NCBI GenBank assembly: GCA_037447435.1
Contig: JBBIGR010000014.1
Location: 1-64,000, forward strand
Source: Fibrobacteria bacterium
GTDB lineage: Bacteria; Fibrobacterota; Chitinivibrionia; Chitinivibrionales; FEN-1185
Length of the DNA: 64,000 nt
Direction: 5' to 3'
Each line of letters opens with the position of its first letter. Position 1 is the stretch's first letter. The position numbers and the translations under genes were made by a program. This document shows positions 17,269-26,949 of the stretch, in pieces. The notes under the pieces were generated by a model. The model worked only from the letters and a program-made list of their open reading frames with translations. It did not search any database and had not been told where the DNA came from.

Positions 17269-19008
17269 ATGGCAAATAAAAATCTTGTCCTCGTTGAGCG
17301 CAACAAGCAAGATACTCTTGTACCCATGATAACCTTTGTGCCCGGACTTTCGCAACAAGAAGCCATACATTGCAATCTGTCTCATATGGCTTTGCTTTAT
17401 GAAGATTGCCGCAATAAAATACGCAAACCGGATTTGCTTGAACCTGATTTTATTTTGAAATGCCAATATCTTTTGGACGAAGTTATTTCATGTTATTTAA
17501 AGGTCCAAAGAGTATCGCTACCGCTACAAATGAATGCGGTCGAAACCGCAAGTAACATCGTTCGGAGCATAACAAAAGACCATGCGGCATTTTTAAAACA
17601 CCGATTGACCATTATTTGCCAAGAAACCGTTTCCACCGTTTTTTGGAACACGCTTGCCAGCCCCTCTTATGCCGCATGCTTTTCCGATTATTCTAATGGA
17701 AAAATTAGTTATCTGCAATGTAAAAGGACCGTGGATTTTGCAATTCTTATCATCACCCTGACGGTGTTATACGGTTGTGACGACGATTACTATTCCCGAA
17801 TCGTTGAAATGAGCGATGCACTCGATAATAAACACGGAAAAGAATTTCCTGCAACCAAACGAGGGCTTTATCTGTGGCCATTAGATTTTTCGTTTATGGA
17901 AAATGACGCCGATTTGAATATTGACAATATCGAACACCGCGCATTGTTGAAAGCGGCCCGCGTAATCAACCCCGGCGTAAAAGTACAGCCGTGCACGTCC
18001 CCATCCTTGCTTTGGGCGCGCGATACTATCGCGTGGGTCGGCAATGATTTATTCGTTGCCGCGGTCAAAGAGGATACCGAATCAAGCTTCGGATGCGGAC
18101 AACTCAGCGAGGGCGGCAACATCATTGTCGGGGATCATAACGGACCCTTCATTTTTGTCAGTCAGGAAGCATTCTCCGACGTCGGCTCGGAACTTGCTTT
18201 TACCTATGAAATGGATATGCGTAATATCCAAACCTATTCGCTGCCCGCCGGCTTTTTGTGGGCTCGGGACCCGGTTTCACAAACCGACTACGCTTTGGAT
18301 TCAATCCATATCGATACGGTCATAAATTTTATTCCTTCATCCGCAACGTGCGATGAAAAACCCAAGGTGATTATAGACCCGTTTTACCATTCCATGATTC
18401 GCAACAATGAAACCTTCACAAGGTTTTTAGATCAAAAATCAATTACCGGCGACGATATCGTCATTGTTGACGAAAGTGAAAGATATTTGAATCTGCCGAA
18501 TTTCAGCATATTACCCGACCAAAACGGCGTTGGAAAATTCCTTTTCAACAAAGATAAGGGCCTGACGATTCCGAAGTTGCATTTAAAACCGGGCATTCTG
18601 GTTCAACCGGACATCGAAATTGTTAATATGGCCAGTGCATTCGGAACAATCCGCTGCGCAACAAACATGCTACCGATTTCGTATGTCAATGAAGCGAATC
18701 CGACGGCAATCATGATCTCCGACAATGTCCCTACGCCGGCGAAAGTCGCAATTGCCAACGCACTGGGTGCGAAAAAGCACCTGACAGCAATCCTGTCGAG
18801 CCTATTCGTCTCACGGCTCGTTTTTAGTATTGGGCCGCAAAACATCCCGTGGGAATATGATTATTTTTCGTCCACCGGTTATATTTACTTTACGCAAGAG
18901 ATTATGGAGCAAACCGATTTTGTCGGCAAAACAATTGCAGAGCGAATGGAATCTTTTTCCGCATCGCTGTCCGGACAATTAGGCATGGAGATTTCTTTGA
19001 AGATCTAG
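17269..19008 (+). CDS. Pentein-superfamily (amidinotransferase/deiminase-like) protein with unknown N- and C-terminal extensions
   Basis: Ordered motifs LWARD, SEGGNI, HIDT, GTIRCAT. Confidence 0.65.
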   Translation: MANKNLVLVERNKQDTLVPMITFVPGLSQQEAIHCNLSHMALLYEDCRNKIRKPDLLEPDFILKCQYLLDEVISCYLKVQRVSLPLQMNAVETASNIVRSITKDHAAFLKHRLTIICQETVSTVFWNTLASPSYAACFSDYSNGKISYLQCKRTVDFAILIITLTVLYGCDDDYYSRIVEMSDALDNKHGKEFPATKRGLYLWPLDFSFMENDADLNIDNIEHRALLKAARVINPGVKVQPCTSPSLLWARDTIAWVGNDLFVAAVKEDTESSFGCGQLSEGGNIIVGDHNGPFIFVSQEAFSDVGSELAFTYEMDMRNIQTYSLPAGFLWARDPVSQTDYALDSIHIDTVINFIPSSATCDEKPKVIIDPFYHSMIRNNETFTRFLDQKSITGDDIVIVDESERYLNLPNFSILPDQNGVGKFLFNKDKGLTIPKLHLKPGILVQPDIEIVNMASAFGTIRCATNMLPISYVNEANPTAIMISDNVPTPAKVAIANALGAKKHLTAILSSLFVSRLVFSIGPQNIPWEYDYFSSTGYIYFTQEIMEQTDFVGKTIAERMESFSASLSGQLGMEISLKI

Positions 19009-19037
19009 AAAACCTTTGCAATGCCGGCGAATTGGAA

Positions 19038-20399
19038 TTATGCGGCTTTTAGGCGGAGCGTTACGGTTGTTCCATGATCATCCCGGAACTCTTCTTCCGG
19101 CCGCGATAGGACTTCAATTGTTCCGCCGAAAAGTTCTACGAAGCTCTTTACAACGAGTAATCCCAGACCAGTACCCGACTCCTGATTGGTACCTTTGCGG
19201 GTGGTTTTTTCGCCGGTTTGGAAAAGCCTGTCCATAATACCACGGGGAATTCCAATACCTTTATCCACAACTTCGACCGTAGAAATTCCGTTATTGACTT
19301 CGGCACGTATTACGATCGATGATCCGGGATAAGAGAACTTTATTGCATTGGATAAAAGGTTACTGAGAACATGGTTGCAGAACATCCGGGGTTCGGCAAG
19401 AAACGTAATCGGACCGGAATCGGGCAATTGAATATCGAAGGTGATATCCTTCTGTTTCAACCTGTCTGCAACTAAAAATTTCACGCTCGATACCATTTGT
19501 TCAAGATGCACTTGTTTAAGCTGCAATGTTGCAACCCCCTCCTCCACTGCCTGAAGAGTTCTTACACTTTCGATAATTTCCCGAATATTCATGACACCGG
19601 TTGCAATACCGTTAATTTGGTTTTTAATTTGCTCTTTTTCCACTATTTTTTCCCGTCGCATCAATGATGCGTTTCCGTCGATAATCATGAGGGCATTGGC
19701 AATGTCGTGGGAAATCATTGAAAGCAATCGCTGCTTGGCCAAAAGTGCGTTTTCCGTTGCATTTTTCTCCCGGAGTACGCTTTCAAGAAGAACGTTTTTG
19801 GCATTTCGTTCGCGTAAATACTCGCGGAAAACGATGTACGTCATGCTCCCGTTTGTCAACAAGCAAATAATAAGAGACACCGACACACTGATGTATCGCT
19901 GGGAATTTGAAGCATAGAGGGTTATGACATTAGGATGTGTCGTCTCGATTAGGATGAGAATTGTAACAAAGGTGCATACTAAAAGGAGAGCGACCATTTT
20001 GTAAATGCCTTGAAATACGATGATTGCCGCACAGGTGAGCAAGAAAAAGTAAAACACGATACCACCGCTAAGACCGCCTTCGATTATCCACCCGTAACTT
20101 AGAATGAAAAGAAAAAGCAGGTATACCGGTAGGACCAAAGACTTCCAAATCTTCATCTTTCGAGAAGCAAGATATGCCCCTACCGACACCAGCAGAGCGG
20201 AAAAGGTGATTAGATGCATTGTCAATGTGCTTTGGGACAGCACATTGTCTATTTCAGCCACTATACCGGCACAAAAAACAAGGAACAACGTTGCGTTAAA
20301 CGCCCTAGTTTCAAGGATAACGGAGTCGGGATTTCCAAATAGAATTATTGCAAGAGCGCTAATCCGGGAGGTGATTGTTGGTTTTGCCTTGTCATTCAT
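19038..20399 (-). CDS. Membrane sensor histidine kinase
   Basis: About 6 TM helices; H-box SHDIANAL; NLLSNAIKFS, DKGIGIP, GTGLGL. Confidence 0.92.
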   Translation of the reverse strand: MNDKAKPTITSRISALAIILFGNPDSVILETRAFNATLFLVFCAGIVAEIDNVLSQSTLTMHLITFSALLVSVGAYLASRKMKIWKSLVLPVYLLFLFILSYGWIIEGGLSGGIVFYFFLLTCAAIIVFQGIYKMVALLLVCTFVTILILIETTHPNVITLYASNSQRYISVSVSLIICLLTNGSMTYIVFREYLRERNAKNVLLESVLREKNATENALLAKQRLLSMISHDIANALMIIDGNASLMRREKIVEKEQIKNQINGIATGVMNIREIIESVRTLQAVEEGVATLQLKQVHLEQMVSSVKFLVADRLKQKDITFDIQLPDSGPITFLAEPRMFCNHVLSNLLSNAIKFSYPGSSIVIRAEVNNGISTVEVVDKGIGIPRGIMDRLFQTGEKTTRKGTNQESGTGLGLLVVKSFVELFGGTIEVLSRPEEEFRDDHGTTVTLRLKAA

Positions 20400-20617
20400 T
20401 GCAAGTAGGCGAATCCAGTTGTTATATTGTCAAAGCCAAAGAACTTCATGGATAAACTCACAGATTCTCTGGCTAGTATAATCATAGCCGATTTTTAAAA
20501 AAAAGTCACGAAATAATTAAAATTTCAGGGTTTTATTTCTAGCAAAACTAATTGTTGCAATATTTTTTTGTATTCCCCGTCTTATTTTATTCGGTTCTCA
20601 GCCAAAGGAGAAATATA

Positions 20618-21535
20618 GTGGCAAATAATAGCATCGAGGTTCAAAATTTCACTAAAAAATACGGAGATTTTTATGCCGTTAACAACATTTCATTTACCGT
20701 AGAAGAAGGTTCGGTATTCGCTTTTCTCGGACCAAATGGTGCAGGAAAAAGCACGACAATAAATACATTATGCACGATTCAGGAAAAAACGAATGGAATG
20801 CTGCTTATAAACGGCAATGATGTCACAAAAGACAAAACAAAAGTACGAAATGATATCGGAATCGTGTTTCAGGAATGCACTCTCGACGGTAAGTTGACTG
20901 TTCATGAGAATATCAAACTCCATTGTGATTTTTACAATGTACCAAAAACCGAGGTCAACGACCGGATTGATTTTGTTCTGGACCTTGTCGATATAAGAAC
21001 GTGGAAGAGCGCTCCGGTAAACTCACTTTCGGGCGGCTTAAAACGACGGGCCGAAATCGCAAGGGGGCTTGTTCATTTTCCCAAAGTTCTTTTTCTTGAC
21101 GAACCGACAACCGGACTCGATCCGCAAACACGCGCAAATGTGTGGGACTATATCAATAAATTACAAAAACAAAAAAACATTACCATTTTTCTTACCACGC
21201 ATTACATGGATGAAGCTGAAATTTGCAATAAAGTCGCCATAATCGACCATGGCGAAATCGTGGCGCACGACACGCCCTATAACCTGAAAAAGAAATATAC
21301 GTCCACTACCATGAAAATAAAAACATCAAACTCATTGCAACTGGCTCAGTTTTGCTCCGACCATTCGATGAAATCGTCTATGAGCGATAATCAAGTTACT
21401 ATTTACTCGACGGATGTCAAAGGAATAATGGACATAGTTTCCCTCTTTAAGGAATCCATAGAAGATATCGAAATAAACAAAGGCACACTTAACGATGTTT
21501 TTATCGCAATAACGGGCAAGGAGATCAGAAACTGA
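20618..21535 (+). CDS. ABC-2 exporter ATP-binding subunit (DrrA-like)
   Basis: GPNGAGKST, LSGG, FLDEPTTGLDP, TTHYMDEAE; GTG start after AAGGAG. Confidence 0.92.
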   Translation: MANNSIEVQNFTKKYGDFYAVNNISFTVEEGSVFAFLGPNGAGKSTTINTLCTIQEKTNGMLLINGNDVTKDKTKVRNDIGIVFQECTLDGKLTVHENIKLHCDFYNVPKTEVNDRIDFVLDLVDIRTWKSAPVNSLSGGLKRRAEIARGLVHFPKVLFLDEPTTGLDPQTRANVWDYINKLQKQKNITIFLTTHYMDEAEICNKVAIIDHGEIVAHDTPYNLKKKYTSTTMKIKTSNSLQLAQFCSDHSMKSSMSDNQVTIYSTDVKGIMDIVSLFKESIEDIEINKGTLNDVFIAITGKEIRN

Positions 21536-22362
21536 TGCGTGCGATTCAAGCGATTCTCATGAGAAACCTGATAAAATTCTTTCGTGACAGAATGCGTTTT
21601 ATTTTCACCCTGTTCATGTCGGCATTTTTTCTTTTCGTTTTTTCTTTTGTCATGAAATCAAGTGCCGCAGGCCTCGACCATCCCATGAACTACCTTATTT
21701 CCGGCATTATTATCATGACGGTATTTCAAACTGCATTGAATAATTCCATGGACATTCTGGAAGACATTTCAAGCGGATTCATGAAGGAAATTTTGGTTGC
21801 GCCGATAGCCAGGTGGCAAATTGCCATTGGTCAGGTTCTATCGTCGACCGCCATTTCGGTTTTACAAGGAATAATCATAATCGGAATCGGATTCTTCATG
21901 GGCCTCTCGCTTGATATACCCCATACGATCGTCATGATAGGACTCATGTGCCTTGTCGGCATCACGTTCAGTTCAATGGGATTGTTTCTCGCGGCATTAT
22001 CCAAAGAATCAACAACATTTCAAATTGTTATTTCGATCGTAGCCATGCCGCTTACGTTTTTATCGGGCGCCTATATTCCAACGATGGTCATGCCCGCCAT
22101 TTTACGCCCAATTGTTTTTTTAAACCCATTGACATACACAACGTCTATGTTCAGATATGTTGCTCTGCATATGGAAAAAATGTCGACTCCCCAGCTTTTA
22201 AAAGCCGGTGTTGCTTTTAACATTCACGGCAATATTATTCAACCGTATTTCGGCGTAATTCTGATCGTTGCAACCGGCGTGGTTTTTTTTAGCTTGTGCG
22301 TCGACCAGTTCAGTAAGGCCGATTTCTCTAAGGTAAAGGTTTTTAAGCGCGGCCACCGGTGA
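21535..22362 (+). CDS. ABC-2 exporter permease
   Basis: Six hydrophobic segments; GFMKEILVAP, NPLTY; translationally coupled to the ATPase. Confidence 0.9.
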   Translation: MRAIQAILMRNLIKFFRDRMRFIFTLFMSAFFLFVFSFVMKSSAAGLDHPMNYLISGIIIMTVFQTALNNSMDILEDISSGFMKEILVAPIARWQIAIGQVLSSTAISVLQGIIIIGIGFFMGLSLDIPHTIVMIGLMCLVGITFSSMGLFLAALSKESTTFQIVISIVAMPLTFLSGAYIPTMVMPAILRPIVFLNPLTYTTSMFRYVALHMEKMSTPQLLKAGVAFNIHGNIIQPYFGVILIVATGVVFFSLCVDQFSKADFSKVKVFKRGHR

Positions 22363-22433
22363 TCGAACGATCTGTTGTTTTCTTGAGTCATGCGATATAT
22401 TTTTAAATCCCCTTACTCAAGAAAGCAATACCG

Positions 22434-23861
22434 GTGAATTCGCAAATATCCCTATTGGTAACCAACCGCTGGCGAGAAAAAGGCGGATATCGTGAACTCT
22501 TGGTCACGGCAATTCCCCTTATTTTAAGTACCGGCACCTGGTCTTTGCAAACATTTATCGACAGAATGTTTCTCTCTTGGTATTCTCCGCAGGCAATAGC
22601 GGCATCCATGCCTGCCTCGCTTTTGCAATTTACCATTATGAGTGTTTTCATCGGAACATGCAGTTATGCGGGTACTTTTGTCGCCCAATATTTCGGTGCC
22701 AATAATCATAAGCGCATCGGAATTGTCATGTGGCAAGGAATTTATATTGGTGTTTTCGGCAGCATAATTGTCGCGTTGTTTTATCCTTTGGCCCCGCTGA
22801 TTTTTAATAACATCGGTCATGCTGCCGAATTACAGCCTTTAGAAATCACCTTTTTTCAAATTCTTTGCCTCGGAAGTGCGGGCCCCATTGTCAGCGCCGT
22901 TCTGGCGGGCTTTTTTTCAGGACAAAACAAAAATTGGCCGGTCATGTGGGCAAATTTATTAACCACGCTGATAAATATCATTCTCGATTATTTTTTGATT
23001 TTTGGTCACGCGGGCTTTCCTCGCATGGGAATTGCCGGCGCGGCTTGGGCAACCGTCATCGCAGGAATTTTCCCGGTATGCTTTTACATTTTCCTCATGT
23101 TCTCGTCTGAAAACGATAAAAAATTCTCGACGCGTTCCGGATATAAAATCGATTTGAAACTGATAAAACGGCTTTTGATGTTCGGATTGCCAAGCGGCAT
23201 ACAATTTTTTATCGACGTAGCCGGGTTCAGCCTTTTCCTTTTGGTAATCGGTCGCCTCGGGATAACACAACTCGCCGCAACCAATATCGCATTCAATATC
23301 AACACCGTTGCATTTATGCCGATGATGGGAACAGGCATAGCAATATCGATGCTGGTTGGACAATACCTGGGAAATAATGAGGAAAAACTGGCGCAACGCA
23401 GTGCATATTCCGGATTTCATTTGACAATTTTATACATGACGATAATTGCCGCAACGTACGTTTTTTTGCCTCAGGCATACATTTGGTTTTTCTCACGCAA
23501 TGCGGACCCGGTAACATTTGCGCCTATTGCGGATTTGACAAAAACGCTTCTCAAATTCGTGGCATTATATTGTTTGTTTGACACAATGACAATAGTATTC
23601 TCTATGGCTGTCAAAGGCGCGGGCGATACGAGATTCGTGATGACCATGATGATATTGTTGTCTATTTTCGTATTGGTGATTCCGAGCTATGTCGCGATTG
23701 TCGTTTTTCACAAAGGTGTTTTTACCGCATGGCTCATCGGGACAAGCTACATCATCATCTGCGGTTTTGCATTTCTATTCCGATTTCTGTCTGGCGCATG
23801 GAAGAAAATGCGGGTCATTGAAGCGCAGGAACGGCTTCCAGATTACGATTTCCCTCAATAA
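22434..23861 (+). CDS. MATE family efflux transporter
   Basis: About 12 TM; NIILDYFLIFGHAGFPRMGIAGAAWAT; KGAGDTRF. Confidence 0.92.
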   Translation: MNSQISLLVTNRWREKGGYRELLVTAIPLILSTGTWSLQTFIDRMFLSWYSPQAIAASMPASLLQFTIMSVFIGTCSYAGTFVAQYFGANNHKRIGIVMWQGIYIGVFGSIIVALFYPLAPLIFNNIGHAAELQPLEITFFQILCLGSAGPIVSAVLAGFFSGQNKNWPVMWANLLTTLINIILDYFLIFGHAGFPRMGIAGAAWATVIAGIFPVCFYIFLMFSSENDKKFSTRSGYKIDLKLIKRLLMFGLPSGIQFFIDVAGFSLFLLVIGRLGITQLAATNIAFNINTVAFMPMMGTGIAISMLVGQYLGNNEEKLAQRSAYSGFHLTILYMTIIAATYVFLPQAYIWFFSRNADPVTFAPIADLTKTLLKFVALYCLFDTMTIVFSMAVKGAGDTRFVMTMMILLSIFVLVIPSYVAIVVFHKGVFTAWLIGTSYIIICGFAFLFRFLSGAWKKMRVIEAQERLPDYDFPQ

Positions 23862-24073
23862 GGTCGATATCGCATTTTACAGGGACCTTAGTTTCTGGTG
23901 TACACATTTTGAGAACGGTATTTTTCCAAATAATTGCCACTTATTAAAAAAAAAATGCTTTTTTCAAATGACCCACTATCTTATATATGATATTGGCAAA
24001 ATATAGGCAAAAATAAACTTAACCCTAAGCATATTAAGCGATTAAATAAACTACTTTAATATCAGGAGGCGCC

Positions 24074-25180
24074 ATGAAAAAACTGTGTCTGTTATTTTTA
24101 ATCGTAGGTTTGACTTTTACATTTACGTCGGCCCAGCAAAAAACCGTAGGCTGGTCACTTGGATATTATCCGACTTGGGATCATTCATATTCACCCGCGA
24201 GTATTCCTTGGGAAGCATTCACCCATGTAGCAAATTTTCAGGTGTGGCCAAATAGCGACGGCAGTCTTGGCTTACCTGACGAGACCATGTCCAAACAGCT
24301 CATTTCCGAAGGGCATAAACGTGGCAAAAAAGTAATTTTTTGCGTTGGCGGCGCTGGCGTTGGCGACGGATTTAAAGGCGCTTGCTCAAATGCAAATAGA
24401 GGAAAATTCATTTCGAATATTATCGCATATTTGAAAAAATTGGGATATGACGGTATTGATACGGATTGGGAAGAAAATTTTGACGATAATTTGTTCATGG
24501 CCTGGCATAAAGACCTCCGCGATTCGATAAACAAACTTAATCCGGTACCGAGCCTTTCCATTGCAGCCGAAGATTGGTATCCCGTTACCGGCAAGATTTA
24601 TCCGTATGTCGATATGATTAACGATATGTGGTATGGCGCAACCGCAGACAAGTATCCGGGAATACTTAAAACATTTACCGACCTTGGTGCTCCTAAAAGT
24701 AAATTAGGACCGGGATTCGGCGAAGATCCGTCTTCAGGAAATCTCAGTCCGCAAGCTTGCAAAGATTTGTGCAATATGGTGATAAATCAAGGCTATGGCG
24801 GCATCATGCATTGGGATATTGTAAACAATGGACAATGTGCTGCCGACTTTGCCGCCATAGCCCCTTTTGTTCCGGCACAAACAGGTATAATTGCAAATTC
24901 CCAAATTTCAAACGATATGCCGCTTACTTTTTCAATCAAATCGGGTCGATCGGTAAAAGGCACTCAAATTTGCTATTCGATTCCTTCAAGTTCCGCCGGA
25001 AAAGCCATGGATATCGGAGTATATGATATAAAAGGAGCATTGGTGAAAACGCTTGTTCACGGGCAAGTTAATGCCGGTATCTTTTCAGTCCCGTTCACTC
25101 AGGCAGCAGCTGGAACCTATGTCATAAAATTCGCAGCAAATAATACTCTTCAAACGGCAAAAGCGTTTGTTACGAAATAA
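24074..25180 (+). CDS. Secreted GH18 glycoside hydrolase (chitinase/endo-beta-N-acetylglucosaminidase-like) with T9SS-like CTD
   Basis: Signal peptide; GYYPTW, FTHV, CVGGAG, catalytic DGIDTDWE, GGIMHW; tail VYDIKGALVKTL...GTYVIK...KAFVTK. Confidence 0.88.
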   Translation: MKKLCLLFLIVGLTFTFTSAQQKTVGWSLGYYPTWDHSYSPASIPWEAFTHVANFQVWPNSDGSLGLPDETMSKQLISEGHKRGKKVIFCVGGAGVGDGFKGACSNANRGKFISNIIAYLKKLGYDGIDTDWEENFDDNLFMAWHKDLRDSINKLNPVPSLSIAAEDWYPVTGKIYPYVDMINDMWYGATADKYPGILKTFTDLGAPKSKLGPGFGEDPSSGNLSPQACKDLCNMVINQGYGGIMHWDIVNNGQCAADFAAIAPFVPAQTGIIANSQISNDMPLTFSIKSGRSVKGTQICYSIPSSSAGKAMDIGVYDIKGALVKTLVHGQVNAGIFSVPFTQAAAGTYVIKFAANNTLQTAKAFVTK

Positions 25181-25207
25181 TTAAAAGCAGACTATTGAAC
25201 TCGTTGC

Positions 25208-25240
25208 AAAGCCTTCCGCGAAATTGCGGAAGGCTTTTTT
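25208..25240. terminator. Bidirectional intrinsic terminator
   Basis: AAAGCCTTCCGC-GAAATT-GCGGAAGGCTTTTTT. Confidence 0.85.
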
Positions 25241-25841
25241 ATTTTTTATCGATCCGCATCCACATGTTCATTCCGGATTCAAAAAAACCTTTTGTGACCT
25301 TGCAGTCGCCAAATCGGGTTTTGTCAACAACGGAACAAAGCTCTTTCATAGAATAAGTGTATTTGTGATCATCGATTTCGGTTTTACTTAAAAACCCCGT
25401 TCTGGACAAAATTATAAGCAATGGCGCGGTCCAAGAAGGTGGACTTGTGAGAATAAGCGTCCCGTTGGTTTTTAAAACCCGATGAATTTCATTCAGTACA
25501 TCCAAGAGGTTGCCGGGCTCCAAATGTTCGAGTACCGCCAGCATGGTTATTGCCTCAAAACTTTCATTATCAAAAGGCAATTTTTTTTCATTTCCAAGAT
25601 CCCATTTCTTCAATTCTATACCGTCAACTTCCCGTGCAGCGGCACCCAATTCCTGGTCAATTCCCGTTTTACGGGCAAATGCGGTTTGAGAAAGAAAATA
25701 AGGATAATTTCCGCAACCGATATCCAAAATATGGCCGCTCCGTAACGTATCGGGAATAAGGGCGTTTGCCCGGCCGACTCGTTTTTTCGACAAGAACTTT
25801 TCTAAAATGCCAAAGCCTCTGGTTAGTCTTGGTTTTTCCAT
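25239..25841 (-). CDS. Class I SAM-dependent methyltransferase
   Basis: ILDIGCG, LPFDNESFE, AVLEHL, EIHRVLK. Confidence 0.9.
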   Translation of the reverse strand: MEKPRLTRGFGILEKFLSKKRVGRANALIPDTLRSGHILDIGCGNYPYFLSQTAFARKTGIDQELGAAAREVDGIELKKWDLGNEKKLPFDNESFEAITMLAVLEHLEPGNLLDVLNEIHRVLKTNGTLILTSPPSWTAPLLIILSRTGFLSKTEIDDHKYTYSMKELCSVVDKTRFGDCKVTKGFFESGMNMWMRIDKK

Positions 25842-25906
25842 AAAATAAAAGCATCCTCATTAATAATTTTTGACGACCAAATAGCCGCTTCCATTAAATA
25901 GACGCA

Positions 25907-26932
25907 TCACTTTTGCAAAACGCCTTCAAACATCGGCACATATCGAACTGTCAACTCAAGACCTTTCGATGATTTTTGAGTTATTATAGAGCGCCAAATA
26001 TTCCAAAGATTTTTTTTAAAAACAATGGACCCGACTGGTTGCATATAAACCATCGCTCTGCCCATGGAAATATATCGGGGAATTTTCTTGCTTGTAATTA
26101 AAAGCTGTTTAAACGCAGAAATGTACCGTGCCTTTTCATTATTGTCGGCTATTGTATCCGGACGAATATTTAAAAGCTGTTCGATGTACGAAGAGTCTTC
26201 CTGACTACCAGCTTTATTTTGTTGTCCGAGCGTATTGAAAGCCTGTTTTATCCATTGCAACTCATCGTCGTTTTGAAACCTGACGCAGCTTATAATGTTC
26301 CCAATATCATTGGGATTTTGGGTTCTCGCAGTGAGAATGTTTAATAAAGCAAACCGGTCATCGTATGCATCAATGAGTTCAAAATCCGATAACGCAAGAT
26401 TAATGTACCGCCTGCCGGGAAAAACATCCGTGATCTTCAATTGAAACATCTTCGAGGTAAATGCCGTATCCGAATCGAACCACAAAACGGTTTTCCGCAT
26501 ATTCACATCGGAATGGGACAAGCCTTCCTGATTTGCATCCCAATCCAGGGCATATTCTACCGCAGGTTTTTCATCGAGCTTTAATGATAGTTTCGCCGGT
26601 TTGCCAAAATCCTCCAAAGACAACATGTCTTTCCGGTTACCTGAACCAATAATGATTCCTTTACAACGTTTTTTTTCGGAATAAGTGATGTCGACCCATT
26701 GACCGGCCAGGCTGTTTTGTACACCTTCGATCCAACAAGTCGTCGAATCATTGTCGAACATATTCGAAAGCGTGAATACGCGTTGGCCCTGCAATTTCGA
26801 AGAAGCTCTCACCACAATCGTGTTACCGCGGACATTTATTGTCTCGGTTTCCGTTGTGACAAGTGCGTTACCAGGAATAGCAATGGCGATTATTGCCAAA
26901 GCAAAAACCGTGTTCCGACAAACGTTTTTCAT
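25907..26932 (-). CDS. Secreted protein with an N-terminal discoidin/galactose-binding-like domain
   Basis: Signal peptide; ASSKL...NMFDNDSTTCWIEG...GQWVDI...ITDVFPG...LALSDFEL. Confidence 0.55.
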   Translation of the reverse strand: MKNVCRNTVFALAIIAIAIPGNALVTTETETINVRGNTIVVRASSKLQGQRVFTLSNMFDNDSTTCWIEGVQNSLAGQWVDITYSEKKRCKGIIIGSGNRKDMLSLEDFGKPAKLSLKLDEKPAVEYALDWDANQEGLSHSDVNMRKTVLWFDSDTAFTSKMFQLKITDVFPGRRYINLALSDFELIDAYDDRFALLNILTARTQNPNDIGNIISCVRFQNDDELQWIKQAFNTLGQQNKAGSQEDSSYIEQLLNIRPDTIADNNEKARYISAFKQLLITSKKIPRYISMGRAMVYMQPVGSIVFKKNLWNIWRSIITQKSSKGLELTVRYVPMFEGVLQK

Positions 26933-26949
26933 GATTTATTCCTAACCGA

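Noticed and set aside
23993..24009. Sigma54-like GG-N10-GC upstream of GH18 (TTGGCAAAATATAGGCA)
   Set aside because: The -12 element lacks TTGC; likely chance.
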